Below, piece by piece: positions 42,706-53,105 of a stretch of DNA of 64,000 bases. The notes below the pieces were generated by a model. It searched no databases, was not told where the DNA came from, and saw nothing but the letters and a program-made list of their open reading frames with translations. Numbering within the stretch: the first letter of the stretch is position 1; each line of letters starts with the position of its first letter. This DNA is from Diplonema japonicum. Lineage: Eukaryota; Protista; Euglenozoa: Diplonemea. The position numbers and the translations under genes are program-made. The stretch spans positions 1 through 64,000 of the forward strand of contig OZ025744.1 in assembly GCA_964019335.1 (NCBI GenBank), read 5' to 3'.

Positions 42706-44604
42706 TTATGTACCGGTGTCATGCCGTACTGAACCACGAAGGGTCGACCTTCTCCTTGGTTTTGCAGCGGGTGCGGTGGGCGTCTCCGTCGCCTTCGGCA
42801 CTACAGCATTGAGGAGAACGGTAACGAAGGTGGCGAGCCGCTTGGCGCAAGGGAGGAAGGGGAGCGGATCGTAGACCTGCGATAGCGCGACGAGCACCAT
42901 GAAAATATCTACGGGGTGAAGGGAATGGGTAGTCAGCCGGAGAGCATCACAGATGGACACGAGCACCTGTGGAGTAATACGTGGCATCTGCAAGCTCTCG
43001 ATGTATGCTATAGGGTCAGCCTTTCCAGAAAAATAGTTCCTGATCGGCTTGCCGTATTTCAACACAGCCCTGATTACACTCTCGTCACGCATTATCTGTG
43101 AGAAGGCCGAGGGTTCCGAAAAATTCTTAACGTTCGGGATGATGTCTGCGATCATGAAATCGTGGAGCGCGGAGAGACCCCTGTGCTTGCCCTTTGTTGC
43201 GAGGCCGATGTTGAGAAAAAGCACCTGAAGGTCCTTTGGGAAGATGAACACCCCAGTGTGCTCGCCCTTCGCAACAGACAGCTCCACGAAGGCATCTAAT
43301 ATAACATTCTTGTAAAACAGAAGTTTGCAATCGTACGCGACACGCGCCATATCGAAGACGGTTAGCACCCATCGTCCATCAAGCTTCACAGCATAGTGCG
43401 AGAACAGTGAATCAAACACCTGATCGTACATAGGAATGCTGGTATCACGGAACTGCGCGAGCACAGCTTGAGGAAGACGAGGTACTTTGGAGGGCTTCGT
43501 GGATTGCTCGATGTCTGCCTTGATACCGAGGTACACCATCGGGGAGAGTTCTTCAAAGGCTTTAACATGGCTGTCAGGGGTGGGTTCTTCTTCATCGGCG
43601 GCTTCTCCTTCTGTTTGTGGGTCTGTTTCGTCTTCTCGTTCGTTTATGATGCTGCTGGCCCACTGCGCCCATTGCTTCAGACACCATTTGTAGGTTTGCA
43701 TAGCGTGTTTGGCTTCTTCAGCTTTGATAAACAAATCGGCGGATTTTCCCTCGAGCTCTTGCCGGACCCTGCTGCTTGTCGTTGTCTTTGTGTTGAGGAC
43801 GCTTTGCTTCAACGCGAGGAAACACCTTGTTAAAATCTGTTTCTGCCGCAGCCTTGTCACGCTGCGCGTGAAGTTCTTCGTCACGTTCTTGTTCCTCAGG
43901 CTGATCACGCGTATCTGCCGGGCGAAGACACAGAACAGCCTCCACCACTTGAACACCCTTCTCTGCAACTGTGTCTCTTCTCTATCTAATATCCTGGCAA
44001 ACACCAGTTTGGCTTCTAAACGCTTTACGTGTTGCTTCTGTGTGTCAAGCCGGCACTGTTCCGCCGTTCGCCGTAGCTTCCGTGCCTCATCGTAGTAAAG
44101 AGGCTTCTTGAGGAATCGTTCGACTTCGAACTGCGCACGCTTCTTGAAGAAATCGTGGTCGGAGGACGCAAGGGAGTCCCACAAGGAGGACGCGTCGTCT
44201 TCCGTTGTCACGTAGACGGACATCACGATGTCGCGAAGGAGGCACCTCAGCAGCGCGCCGTACCTGCCAAAGATGTGCGCAATGTGGTAGAGAAGCAAGC
44301 ATGCAACAGCAGTTCGCTTTGCGGTCGGGCCTCCCACCTGCCCGTCCTCATTCCCCCCGCCCGTGTTTGTGTAAATTTGTTTCAATATCACCTCTGATGC
44401 CAGTGCCGTCGATGAAAACTCTTCCATCTCCTTCGACACGCTCTTCAACCACCCTGTCTCACTACCTGCATTCACCCCCACCCACGGTGACCATGGCTTC
44501 ACCCCTCTTGCCGTGTGGCTGATCCTTACCCTGTCTGCCGCTCTTGCTTGCGCGCTCCGTGGTCGGGCCTTTTTCCCCGGTGGTGCTGGTCGGAAGTCTT
44601 CCAT
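42706..44604 (-). CDS. Hypothetical protein (helical/coiled-coil)
   Basis: 632 aa ORF; the RTAVACLLL…FGRYGALL segment weakly recalls the TSNAXIP1 N-terminus. Confidence 0.65.
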   Translation of the reverse strand: MEDFRPAPPGKKARPRSAQARAADRVRISHTARGVKPWSPWVGVNAGSETGWLKSVSKEMEEFSSTALASEVILKQIYTNTGGGNEDGQVGGPTAKRTAVACLLLYHIAHIFGRYGALLRCLLRDIVMSVYVTTEDDASSLWDSLASSDHDFFKKRAQFEVERFLKKPLYYDEARKLRRTAEQCRLDTQKQHVKRLEAKLVFARILDREETQLQRRVFKWWRLFCVFARQIRVISLRNKNVTKNFTRSVTRLRQKQILTRCFLALKQSVLNTKTTTSSRVRQELEGKSADLFIKAEEAKHAMQTYKWCLKQWAQWASSIINEREDETDPQTEGEAADEEEPTPDSHVKAFEELSPMVYLGIKADIEQSTKPSKVPRLPQAVLAQFRDTSIPMYDQVFDSLFSHYAVKLDGRWVLTVFDMARVAYDCKLLFYKNVILDAFVELSVAKGEHTGVFIFPKDLQVLFLNIGLATKGKHRGLSALHDFMIADIIPNVKNFSEPSAFSQIMRDESVIRAVLKYGKPIRNYFSGKADPIAYIESLQMPRITPQVLVSICDALRLTTHSLHPVDIFMVLVALSQVYDPLPFLPCAKRLATFVTVLLNAVVPKATETPTAPAAKPRRRSTLRGSVRHDTGT

Positions 44605-44704
44605 TGTGTGTGTGTGTGCCCTTCTTTAATTTGAAAACTACCGCATATGCCTGTAAAACGCAAAAAAAAAAAAAAAAAAAAAAAACAATACTATTCTATA
44701 TGTG

Positions 44705-46876
44705 TCATAAGCTTTTCCGAGGTGCTTTCCACACGGGGTACCCCGCTGAGTCGTTCGTCACCACACCAGAGACGGTTGGCTTTGCCGAGATGAACGGGTC
44801 CGTCGATTGTGCAACGCAGTTCCAGCGGACTTCCACCTGCCCCGTTGTGGTGCTGTGGAAACCGAACTTGTTGAGGAAGCTGTCCTCGGCTGCACTGGAG
44901 GATACTGCTGTGAAGGTGTTGTCGGCTAGGACCGAAGACATGGAGAGGAAGAACTCCCGGAGGCTATCGCGAACTGTAGGTGTGGGCTTCCAGCAGTCCA
45001 CGATCTGTCTGTGGGAACCAGGGGCCACACTGAGATCCACGAACCCGTACCCTTCCAACTGATGAGACCCAAGCGACCGCTGTGAATGTACCTCGAGCAG
45101 CAGTCGAGGATGGTCGGTACCAACAGGCGCTATGCAGTGCAGCTCAAAGGGCATTGAAAACGCAAAGAATGTCGTCCACGTCCCGTCGTCAGTCCGCCGC
45201 CGCACCATTTCGGAGGTCTGAGTGAAACAGACGGTTTTCTGCTCCGCCTGCACACCCGACATAGGGTCCAGCTTACATTTCTTGGGTAACATGAATTCAA
45301 ATCTTACAAATAAGTTAGGCGCCTCGAACCCCGTAGCCCGCATGATGTCGCCAAAGTAGTGGACCCTCGACTCTTCTAAAGGTACGGCAGCGAACAGACC
45401 GACCTCCGTGTCTAGATTGTCCCTTTTGGCAGCCTGCATCTGCCTGTGGTGCGCGGCGATCAGCTTATGCAGCATCTCACGCTTCTCCTCCTCCTCGTTC
45501 TTGTCCTGTGCCTTTGCGGTCGACTCTGACGCGTCGCTCGACACATCGTCATCGAGATCCTCCAACTCCTTGATGCCGACTCCGTACTTATACCGCACGG
45601 ATCCGTGTTGATCAGGCACCTTGATCTTGTAAGGTAAGGCCTCGCCGACATCTTGGTACTCCACACCGGGGAGATGCCGCTGCTCGATCACAGGCCCCAA
45701 GTCGCTGAGCGGTGGCGTCATCACGAAGCTGTTCTTGTCAATCGCTTTCAAGTGCGCCAACACCACGTCACGGTTCCTCTGCCACGCCAGTTTGCCTTGC
45801 TTGCGAACCGCAGTACCGAACACCGCCACGATCCACATCTCCTCCTGCACGACGGGTTCCAAGCCTGCTGGCTCGTCGGGTGCCGTGATGACCTTGTCCC
45901 AACGTACAACCGGCCCTCCTGAGGAGTCAGCAGGGGGGTCGGTCAGGTAGTGGTTGAGCGGAGAATGGAATGTGTGCTTCTCGCCGGTGATGAAGGTGCA
46001 GATCGTGGTGTTGGACAACAGATGCTCCAACTTGCTTTCCAAAGATAACAGTACCGACTCCCTCGGCTGCATCATTGAACCACGTTCAAGGACCTCCGTC
46101 ACCAAGGGGTTCAGGTCCGCCCACGTCGTGTAAACATCTGGAGACGCGCTCAACAAAGCAGCAAGTTCTTGAAAGGCCCTATGGTCTACGGTGCTGAATA
46201 ACACGGCGATATCCCGGTGGAACGCACCCCCTGTACCGTTCTCACACTGTGAAAACAGGTTGAAGATGTGCTGCCGCGGTTCCTGATGGTATCCGTGGTC
46301 GGTCCCTACGGTCCCAGGGACGTAGTCTTGTAAGTACAATAGAAGCTTCTGCTTCTGCGGGTCGTCTTGGTCACGCGACATTATCTCGATGAGCTGCTCC
46401 GGGTGATAGATCTTCGCACCCCACCGGGTGGTCACCTGTATCTCGGAGGGGTTTGCATCCTTCACTAGCGTGGCTCTGTGCTTGCTGAAACGTATGTTGA
46501 GATGCTCTGCCTCTGCGGTGAGCTGATGAACCTCTTCGTTGGTCCGCACGGGCTGATTGTTCACATGGGTGATAGTGTATTCCACGAACCTCTGCAACGT
46601 GTGGTGGGCAGCGACGCTCCCTTCGTGCACTGCGGTGAGCATCACACCGCCGTTGTGGACTTCTGTGGTTAAGCCGAGTGGTTCTCCCATGGTTTTCGGT
46701 ATCACCAACTCTGCTGCTGATTCGCCCTGTTGGCCTGAACCTGCAATAGTGCCTTCTTTGTTCAGTGATACGGTGAGCACCAAGTTGCTCAACTTGTCCC
46801 GCATTACATAGGACATGGCAGGCCACATCACGTCACTGTCGTCATCGACAAGCTGTATCGTAGGTAGCTCGTCCAT
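44705..46876 (-). CDS. MKS1: MKS1 transition-zone protein (B9-C2) with an inserted PDZ-like domain
   Basis: N-terminal YVMRDKLSNLVLTV; C-terminal GDIMRATGFEAPNLFVRF, FSMPFEL, PRLLLEV, EGYGFVDL…PGSH…CWKP, LNKFGFHSTTTG. Confidence 0.8.
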   Translation of the reverse strand: MDELPTIQLVDDDSDVMWPAMSYVMRDKLSNLVLTVSLNKEGTIAGSGQQGESAAELVIPKTMGEPLGLTTEVHNGGVMLTAVHEGSVAAHHTLQRFVEYTITHVNNQPVRTNEEVHQLTAEAEHLNIRFSKHRATLVKDANPSEIQVTTRWGAKIYHPEQLIEIMSRDQDDPQKQKLLLYLQDYVPGTVGTDHGYHQEPRQHIFNLFSQCENGTGGAFHRDIAVLFSTVDHRAFQELAALLSASPDVYTTWADLNPLVTEVLERGSMMQPRESVLLSLESKLEHLLSNTTICTFITGEKHTFHSPLNHYLTDPPADSSGGPVVRWDKVITAPDEPAGLEPVVQEEMWIVAVFGTAVRKQGKLAWQRNRDVVLAHLKAIDKNSFVMTPPLSDLGPVIEQRHLPGVEYQDVGEALPYKIKVPDQHGSVRYKYGVGIKELEDLDDDVSSDASESTAKAQDKNEEEEKREMLHKLIAAHHRQMQAAKRDNLDTEVGLFAAVPLEESRVHYFGDIMRATGFEAPNLFVRFEFMLPKKCKLDPMSGVQAEQKTVCFTQTSEMVRRRTDDGTWTTFFAFSMPFELHCIAPVGTDHPRLLLEVHSQRSLGSHQLEGYGFVDLSVAPGSHRQIVDCWKPTPTVRDSLREFFLSMSSVLADNTFTAVSSSAAEDSFLNKFGFHSTTTGQVEVRWNCVAQSTDPFISAKPTVSGVVTNDSAGYPVWKAPRKSL

Positions 46877-46992
46877 TCCTCCTGTTCAGAGATGCCGGCT
46901 GTATGACGGAAAAAAAAGAAAAAGAAGAAAGAAATTGTAAGCCATGGCAACTAAAAAGAGAGAGAAGAAAAAAAATTCCTAGAAAGGAAGTT

Positions 46993-48684
46993 TTAATACT
47001 GCAGCAACGTCGGGACCCTCACCTGCTTCGAGACATATTTCTTGTTCTCGAGAAATGCAACCGACGGCGGTACCCTGGATGCCGCGTGTTCAGTGCTGTT
47101 GGGGATCCGATCCTCCGTCTCTTCGATGGCGGCTGAGACCAACTGTTTCAATCGCTCTTGTGGGATGAGGTACCGCATCGCAGGGCGGGGCGGCGGGTTC
47201 TGTAGAGCCTCCGCCGAAGGAGAGAAACTGCAAGTCCCAGGCAGCGTCGCCATGATCTGACTGTGTATCGCAGTGATTTGCTTATGCTGCCTGTACGCCA
47301 CAAGGGCATTCTGGTATTCCGTTGTGTCCTGGTGGAACTTTGCTCTGTGATCTTTCAATTCTTCCTCAATAACAAGCAAGTATGTCTTGGGGGCAACATA
47401 AGGCGGATCTCTTTTGAGTTTCATGAGTGCAATGTAGTCCTGTTGGTCAGGTTTTGGAACGTGTGGCTTTCCAGGTGCAAGGAGCACATTGCAGTCGGAA
47501 ATCCCGTATTTTGAAGCGATCTTGTCGCCCTGAGCCTTCCGTGCAGCCTGCATTTCCATGCGGAGCCTTTCTTCGCATGCCTTCCACTGCCTCACAAGCA
47601 GAGCCGTTTTGTAGTACTTGCAGCAAAGATAATTCCTCATAACAACCTGCGAACGGCACACGCATTGCACGTATGACGCGATGTACTTTGACATTTGTGA
47701 TATCTTCTTGTAATCCGTAATGAACCTGCGGATGATTGCCACATGGCGTGCCTTGCGTTGCGGCTCGCGCTGCCTCCACCACACCATTATCTTGAAGCAT
47801 ATGGTGTCAGCTGCCCGGCGTTCCTTCTCCGTGAGATCGGTTCGAAAGGCGACCTTCGCCTGACGCTTGGCGGCAGTTCTCTCGGCTTTGAGGTGGTTCA
47901 CACCATTTGTACGGTCAGTGAATATGTTATCTTGCTCGCTGGCGGGTTTTCTGAAGGTCTTGGCCCTGCGGACGGGGGCGGGGTGCTCAGTGTAGATGGC
48001 TTCCCTGTGCTTGAGGTAGGTGGTGAGCAGCTGGATGATCGGAAGCGAAGCGGCAATGTGCGCGGACCACAACCGCACGCGAACCCACTGATGGTTGTGC
48101 AGTGTGTCTTGCTTTGTGTTGTAGACATCGGTGATGGACTGTAGCTTAAGAGCTTCTAGGTGTTCATGCCGTGCACGGACGTTGTGGGCTCGTTGGTGTC
48201 TCTCTGTTGGGCTTGTCGTGCGGTGGGGTAGGCGGCGGGACCTGAGCTGGTGGGCTGCCAGTCTTCGGGAAGCAAGGACTTCCTTGCAGTGGATGTCGTG
48301 CTCTCTCATTATGCTGCTGTCCTGCTGGCACGATTCGATCTTGTGCTTGATGACTTTTTTTATTGTTTTTGTCACCACGCTGCGAGGGACAGTGTCGAGG
48401 GAGGGCAGTACCAACCCTGCCTGCTGTGCGGGTGCCTCTGTCTCTACATTGACGCCTTGCTTCAAAGATGTTGGGTTGACTTGTTTTTTCTTTTTTTTCT
48501 CTTCGGCGTGGGTGTGGGTGTGGCAGGCTTGGTTGTGTGCTCCGCTGGTGACCCATGGTACCTTTCCCCCGTCACCCTTTGTCTTCAAAACCCTTACCCA
48601 GGTCTCCGTCAGCCTTCTGTGCCACCCGTGCAGCTCTGCACTATTTTGCAGCAATGTTGTCAATTGTTTGTTTCTCTCTTCCAT
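46993..48684 (-). CDS. Hypothetical basic helical protein (possible IQ-like motifs)
   Basis: 563 aa ORF; probably contains an in-frame intron near 48460-48560. Confidence 0.6.
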   Translation of the reverse strand: MEERNKQLTTLLQNSAELHGWHRRLTETWVRVLKTKGDGGKVPWVTSGAHNQACHTHTHAEEKKKKKQVNPTSLKQGVNVETEAPAQQAGLVLPSLDTVPRSVVTKTIKKVIKHKIESCQQDSSIMREHDIHCKEVLASRRLAAHQLRSRRLPHRTTSPTERHQRAHNVRARHEHLEALKLQSITDVYNTKQDTLHNHQWVRVRLWSAHIAASLPIIQLLTTYLKHREAIYTEHPAPVRRAKTFRKPASEQDNIFTDRTNGVNHLKAERTAAKRQAKVAFRTDLTEKERRAADTICFKIMVWWRQREPQRKARHVAIIRRFITDYKKISQMSKYIASYVQCVCRSQVVMRNYLCCKYYKTALLVRQWKACEERLRMEMQAARKAQGDKIASKYGISDCNVLLAPGKPHVPKPDQQDYIALMKLKRDPPYVAPKTYLLVIEEELKDHRAKFHQDTTEYQNALVAYRQHKQITAIHSQIMATLPGTCSFSPSAEALQNPPPRPAMRYLIPQERLKQLVSAAIEETEDRIPNSTEHAASRVPPSVAFLENKKYVSKQVRVPTLLQY

Positions 48685-49776
48685 TTCTTTTTTTTCTCTT
48701 TCTTTACATGTTTCTACTGTTTTTGACAGGGGGGGGGGGGGGGGGAATCGGCAAGTTGTTATAAAAAAAAAAAGAAAGAAAGGAGTTGGGAGGGTTTGGG
48801 GTGGGAGAATATTTTAAAAAAGAAAAAAATGAAAGGAAAAAAAAAGTTGTGTGTGTGTGTGTTTTTTTTTTATTTCTTCTTTCTTTAGTTTTTTTTTTAA
48901 TCCCTCTGTTTTCCCATTTTTTTTGTTCATGTTTCAAATTTAAAAAAATAAAAACCTTCTGTTCTGTTAAAAAAAAGGTGTCTTTGAAGGCAACCTGCAG
49001 TATGTGACAGGATCGCCTAAAAAAAAGGGGGGGGTGTAAAAATGGGTGCAAAAAAGGGAGTTTCTTTTTGTTGGTTTTCGTCTTTTTTCGTCTTTTTTAC
49101 TCTTCATGTTCTCCCCAATTACCCAAGCAGGTGTAAAAAAAAAAAAAAAAAAAAAAAAAAGTAAGTGGCAACAAGAAGTAAAGAAGTAATGTTACAAGTG
49201 TAGGTTGCTCCCACGTGACACTCCTTGTAGTCACCCCTCCCCTGGGCTCTTACGAAATAAAGTAAAGTTTTCGCTCCCCTTCTTATGTTTATGGTTTTCT
49301 TTTTTTTAATGTTTTTTTTTTTTTTTTTATGTCACACTGTTTTTATTCTTTAAAAGACTTTTACTCTTAAATCCTCTCTACTAGGTACTTCTCCTTCTTG
49401 TTTCTTTTTTTTTACCACACCCCAGTCCCTCCCCCTTTTTTTTTAAAGTTCTTTGTATACTACCATTATGTTACACTTTCACCCCGAACAAGAAGGAAAA
49501 AAAAAAAGAAAAGAAAAGTACTATAAACCTCTCAATTAGTTCCATCCCAAAAAAGAGACTTTTGACAAGCACAATTTTCTTTTTTTTCTTTTGCCTCGTA
49601 TTTCGGGAATTTCGGGAAAATTAAGAGGTTTTCAGCACGCGTATGTATTTCTTCTTCTCTCCTTTTTTTTTTCTTTCTTTTCTCTCTCTCTCTCTCTCTC
49701 TTCTGTGTGTGTGTTCATGTCAAAAACCCTTCTCCGAAGCTTCCCCCCCCCCCCTTTCTTTTTCTTTTTCTTTTTT

Positions 49777-51796
49777 TTAGTTATTGTACAAGCTCAGCGG
49801 ATACGGGTGCAAGCTAGCACCAGGCTCGAGAGGCTCGATGTCGGGCTGCTGGTCCATCTGGTTTTTTTTATTATTTCCCCACCCCCATGGATTCTTCCAC
49901 ACCACAGGAGCAGTAAGACTGAACGGGTAAGCATTCATATCGTCATCAGGCTCCTCAGCATCGTAAAGCTCCAGGACAGGATCGCGAGACTGTATGGTTT
50001 TTTTTTTTTTTTTTTTTCCTTTTTTTTTTTTTTTTTTTCCCAACACACCACTTGCTCCTCGGAGTAGTAAATAGCCTGCGGGTAAGGAAGGCTGCTGCCT
50101 TCCAAGGACACCAGAATACTCCCACCAGAGCAGATCTCCCATATCTTGACCCCAGGGATGCCCCTGATGACGCTTCTTAGGATGTTCATCCCCCCAAGCT
50201 TCCAAGGGTCAAGGTGCCTCCCGCCATGAATGCGGCGGTAGTACTGATCGAGCTTTCCTGGCAACAAGCCCTGTGAACCTTCTTTAGAAGAGAGGATGTT
50301 GACCACTGTTTGGGTGTGCGGACCGGGGTCCGTGTCGGCTCTGTTCGCCTTGCGGTCCTTCTTCTTGCCCTTGGCGTCCTTCTTCTTGTCCTGTCGCTTG
50401 TTGGGGTCAATGCTGATGATGATGCGGGTGGAGTACCCCTTGGGAAGCGTGCCTGTCAGCGATTTCTGTGCAGCCATGGCATCCACGCTAGTCATGGTAG
50501 CGTAGCCAAACCTTGAGCCGCCTTCGGTGTTGATGTGGACCTCCGATGCCTCTCCGAACTCAGACAGCATGTGCTTGACATCCCTCCAAGACCAGCTCAT
50601 GGGTGCGGAGACACGTATCCTGACAGGGTCGTTGCCGTGCGACCCCTTCCCGCCCCTGACGTAGTCCCCTTTCCTGCCCTTGCCTCCACCGCCGCCGGGC
50701 GCGCCGATCCAGGTTCCGCCCTTCGCCCCGCCGCGACCCCCGAAAGGCTGCGGCTGCCATTGCACAGCACCCTTCTTCCCGCCCTTTGAGTCCCCCTTCC
50801 CTTTTCCGAATCCCTTCTTACCGTAACCCTTACCCGAGTCGAACCCCTGTCCCTTGAACCCCTTCCCGTACTGCGAATGCCCCTTGAAGCCGCCCTTGTC
50901 GTACCCACCCTTCTGCCCCTTCGATCCCTTCCCCCACTTCCTGTCCTCGTACCCGGTGTTCGGGCCGCCGCCGTGCTGCTGCCAGCCTTTCTTCTCCTCC
51001 CATTTCCCCTCCTTGGCGTTCTTGTCCTCCGTCCACCTGTCGTACATCCCGTTCCTCACCTCACCGCCCTGTGCGCCCTGCTGCTGTGGGGGCTTCGCGC
51101 TGTGGAACTTCTGTGCAACTGGCTGCTGGGTTTGCTGGGGCAACCGTTGCTGCTGCTGCACCTCACCGCCCTCGTATCTCTTCGTCTGTCTGTTGGCGGG
51201 CTGCACTTGGCCGGACTGGTTTTGTCTGAAGAACTGTCCTTGGGGGTTGGCGTACTGGCTGGGGGGGGGCTGCGCGCTGTCGCCAGTGTAGTGCGAAGCA
51301 GCAGCTTGCGAGTGGTTGTGGCTGTGGCTGTGGCTGTGTTGGTGCTGACTGGCGGGCGCAGGGGTTATGTCGGATCTGTAGCCCTGAGCACTGTCGGGCC
51401 TTCTGAACTGACCTTTGCCTCCTTGTGAGCCAGGCGCCCCAGTCACTTGGCTGGGCATGCTGGACATGGGTGGCTGTCTCATGCCATCGCTCTTGATGTT
51501 CCTCTGGTAGTCGGTCATGGGGGCTGTGTTGGGAGGGTTTGCTGGGTTCGATCGGTTGTACACGCGCCCTTGGCTCTGGTGGCTAGCTGGAATGATTGTC
51601 GCGCTGCTGGAGGAGGCGATGGGCTGTCTGTACCTGGCCGCTGCATAGTCGTCCTTGCTGACGGGGGTCTCGCCGTACCTGTGCCCACCCTGCGAGCCAT
51701 ATGAGGCCTGCATAGTGGTGTCGTACTGCTGTGGGTTCGGCTGTGCACTGTAGGCGCTGCTAGGGTAGCCGGGTGCAGGTTGCTGGTACGACGGCT

Positions 51797-51827
<31 letters not shown>

Positions 51828-52335
51828 GACGTTGGTGCTGCCTTGGTAGCTCCATGTGCTGCTGGGGAGGTTGCTGTGGGTGGTCTGCTGCTGTTGTGGC
51901 TGTTGCTGCTGCGAGTATTGGCTCGTGTGCCCGGCCCCTGCTTGCTCGTAACCCCATTGTGCTCCTGCCCGGACACCCTGTCCTTGTGCGGAGGGGTACT
52001 GAGGCCGTTGTTGTGGCTGCTGTTGGGTTGTCGGCTGAGTGTACCCACTGCTCGCAGTCCCGCCTCCAGGAGCTGCATCCCACCTGTCACCATAGCCAGC
52101 GTAGCTCCCCTGTCCTTGTGCCTGGTTAGGGTCCTGTGTGTTTTCTTTCCCTTTCCGAACTCATACCGTGTTCTTCCATCTGGAGTCCATCGGTGTCCAC
52201 GCACTTGCTCCTGTACCTGTTCCCGTGCTTGTCCCAGTGCCCCACCTGTGAGTGTTTAGAGATAAGACAAGGGAGGGAGGGGGGGGGGGGGGGGGGGGGA
52301 TCATACAGTTGATGCTGTTTCAGTTCGTCGCCCAT
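49777..52335 (-). CDS. Prion-like Q/G/S/Y-rich + KG/RG-rich + RRM + LOTUS(OST-HTH)-like RNA-binding protein, multi-exon
   Basis: Splicing from ATG 52335 joins ORF 49935..51713. RRM: WRDVKHMLSEFGEASEVHI…FGYATM. LOTUS-like: GLLPGKLDQYYRRIHGGRHLDPWKLG…VIRGIPG. Confidence 0.7.
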
Positions 52336-53105
52336 TTTCGGTTGTTCCTCTCCTTTTTCTTTTTTCTTTCTTCACTGCAGGAGAAGAAAGAAAAAAAAAA
52401 AGCAGTTCTTCTTTTTTCCCCCCCTCTTTCTTTTTTTTTTTTTTTTTCCTCTCTCCTTTTTTTTGTGCGCTTCCCTTCCCCCACCCCCTCCTGTGTTGGA
52501 ATTTATTTTCTTTGCGAGAGAGTACTTCTTTGCACTAATAACATCATGAACCAAATGAACAGAAAAAGAGAAGAAGCTGCGAACAAGAATGTTTGTGGAT
52601 GAAAAGAGAATAAACAATAAAGAAAGGGAGGGATTAAGCAAACTCTCACCGAATGGAAAAGGCATAGGGGGAGGAGAAGAAAAGAAAGCAGACTTTTACC
52701 CTTCCGATTGTGTATTTTTTTTTCTTTCGTTTTCTGATTTTTCTTCACTTCTTCTTTTTTTTTTTCTTTTCTATTATTACTCCGGACTCACCTGAGAGTC
52801 ATCAGAAGGGGGCCTCTTTTCTTTCCCCCTTTTCCCTCCTTGTTATTTCTTTTCTTTTTTTAATCTATTTCCCCCCCCCCCCCTTTTCTTTCTTCTAGAA
52901 TTGAATGTTTTAGCAAAACAACACGCCTTTTTCCGGTCCCCCCCCCCCCCCCCCGACATCTAAGAAAAAAAAATCAAAAAGAAGAATGAAAAAGCTTCCT
53001 TTTCTTTTTCTTTCTTTTGAGAAGAGCCGAACAATGGAAAAACAAAACAAAAAGGAAAAAGACAACGAAAAAAAAAAAAATATATAAAAATAAAGAAATT
53101 TCTTC

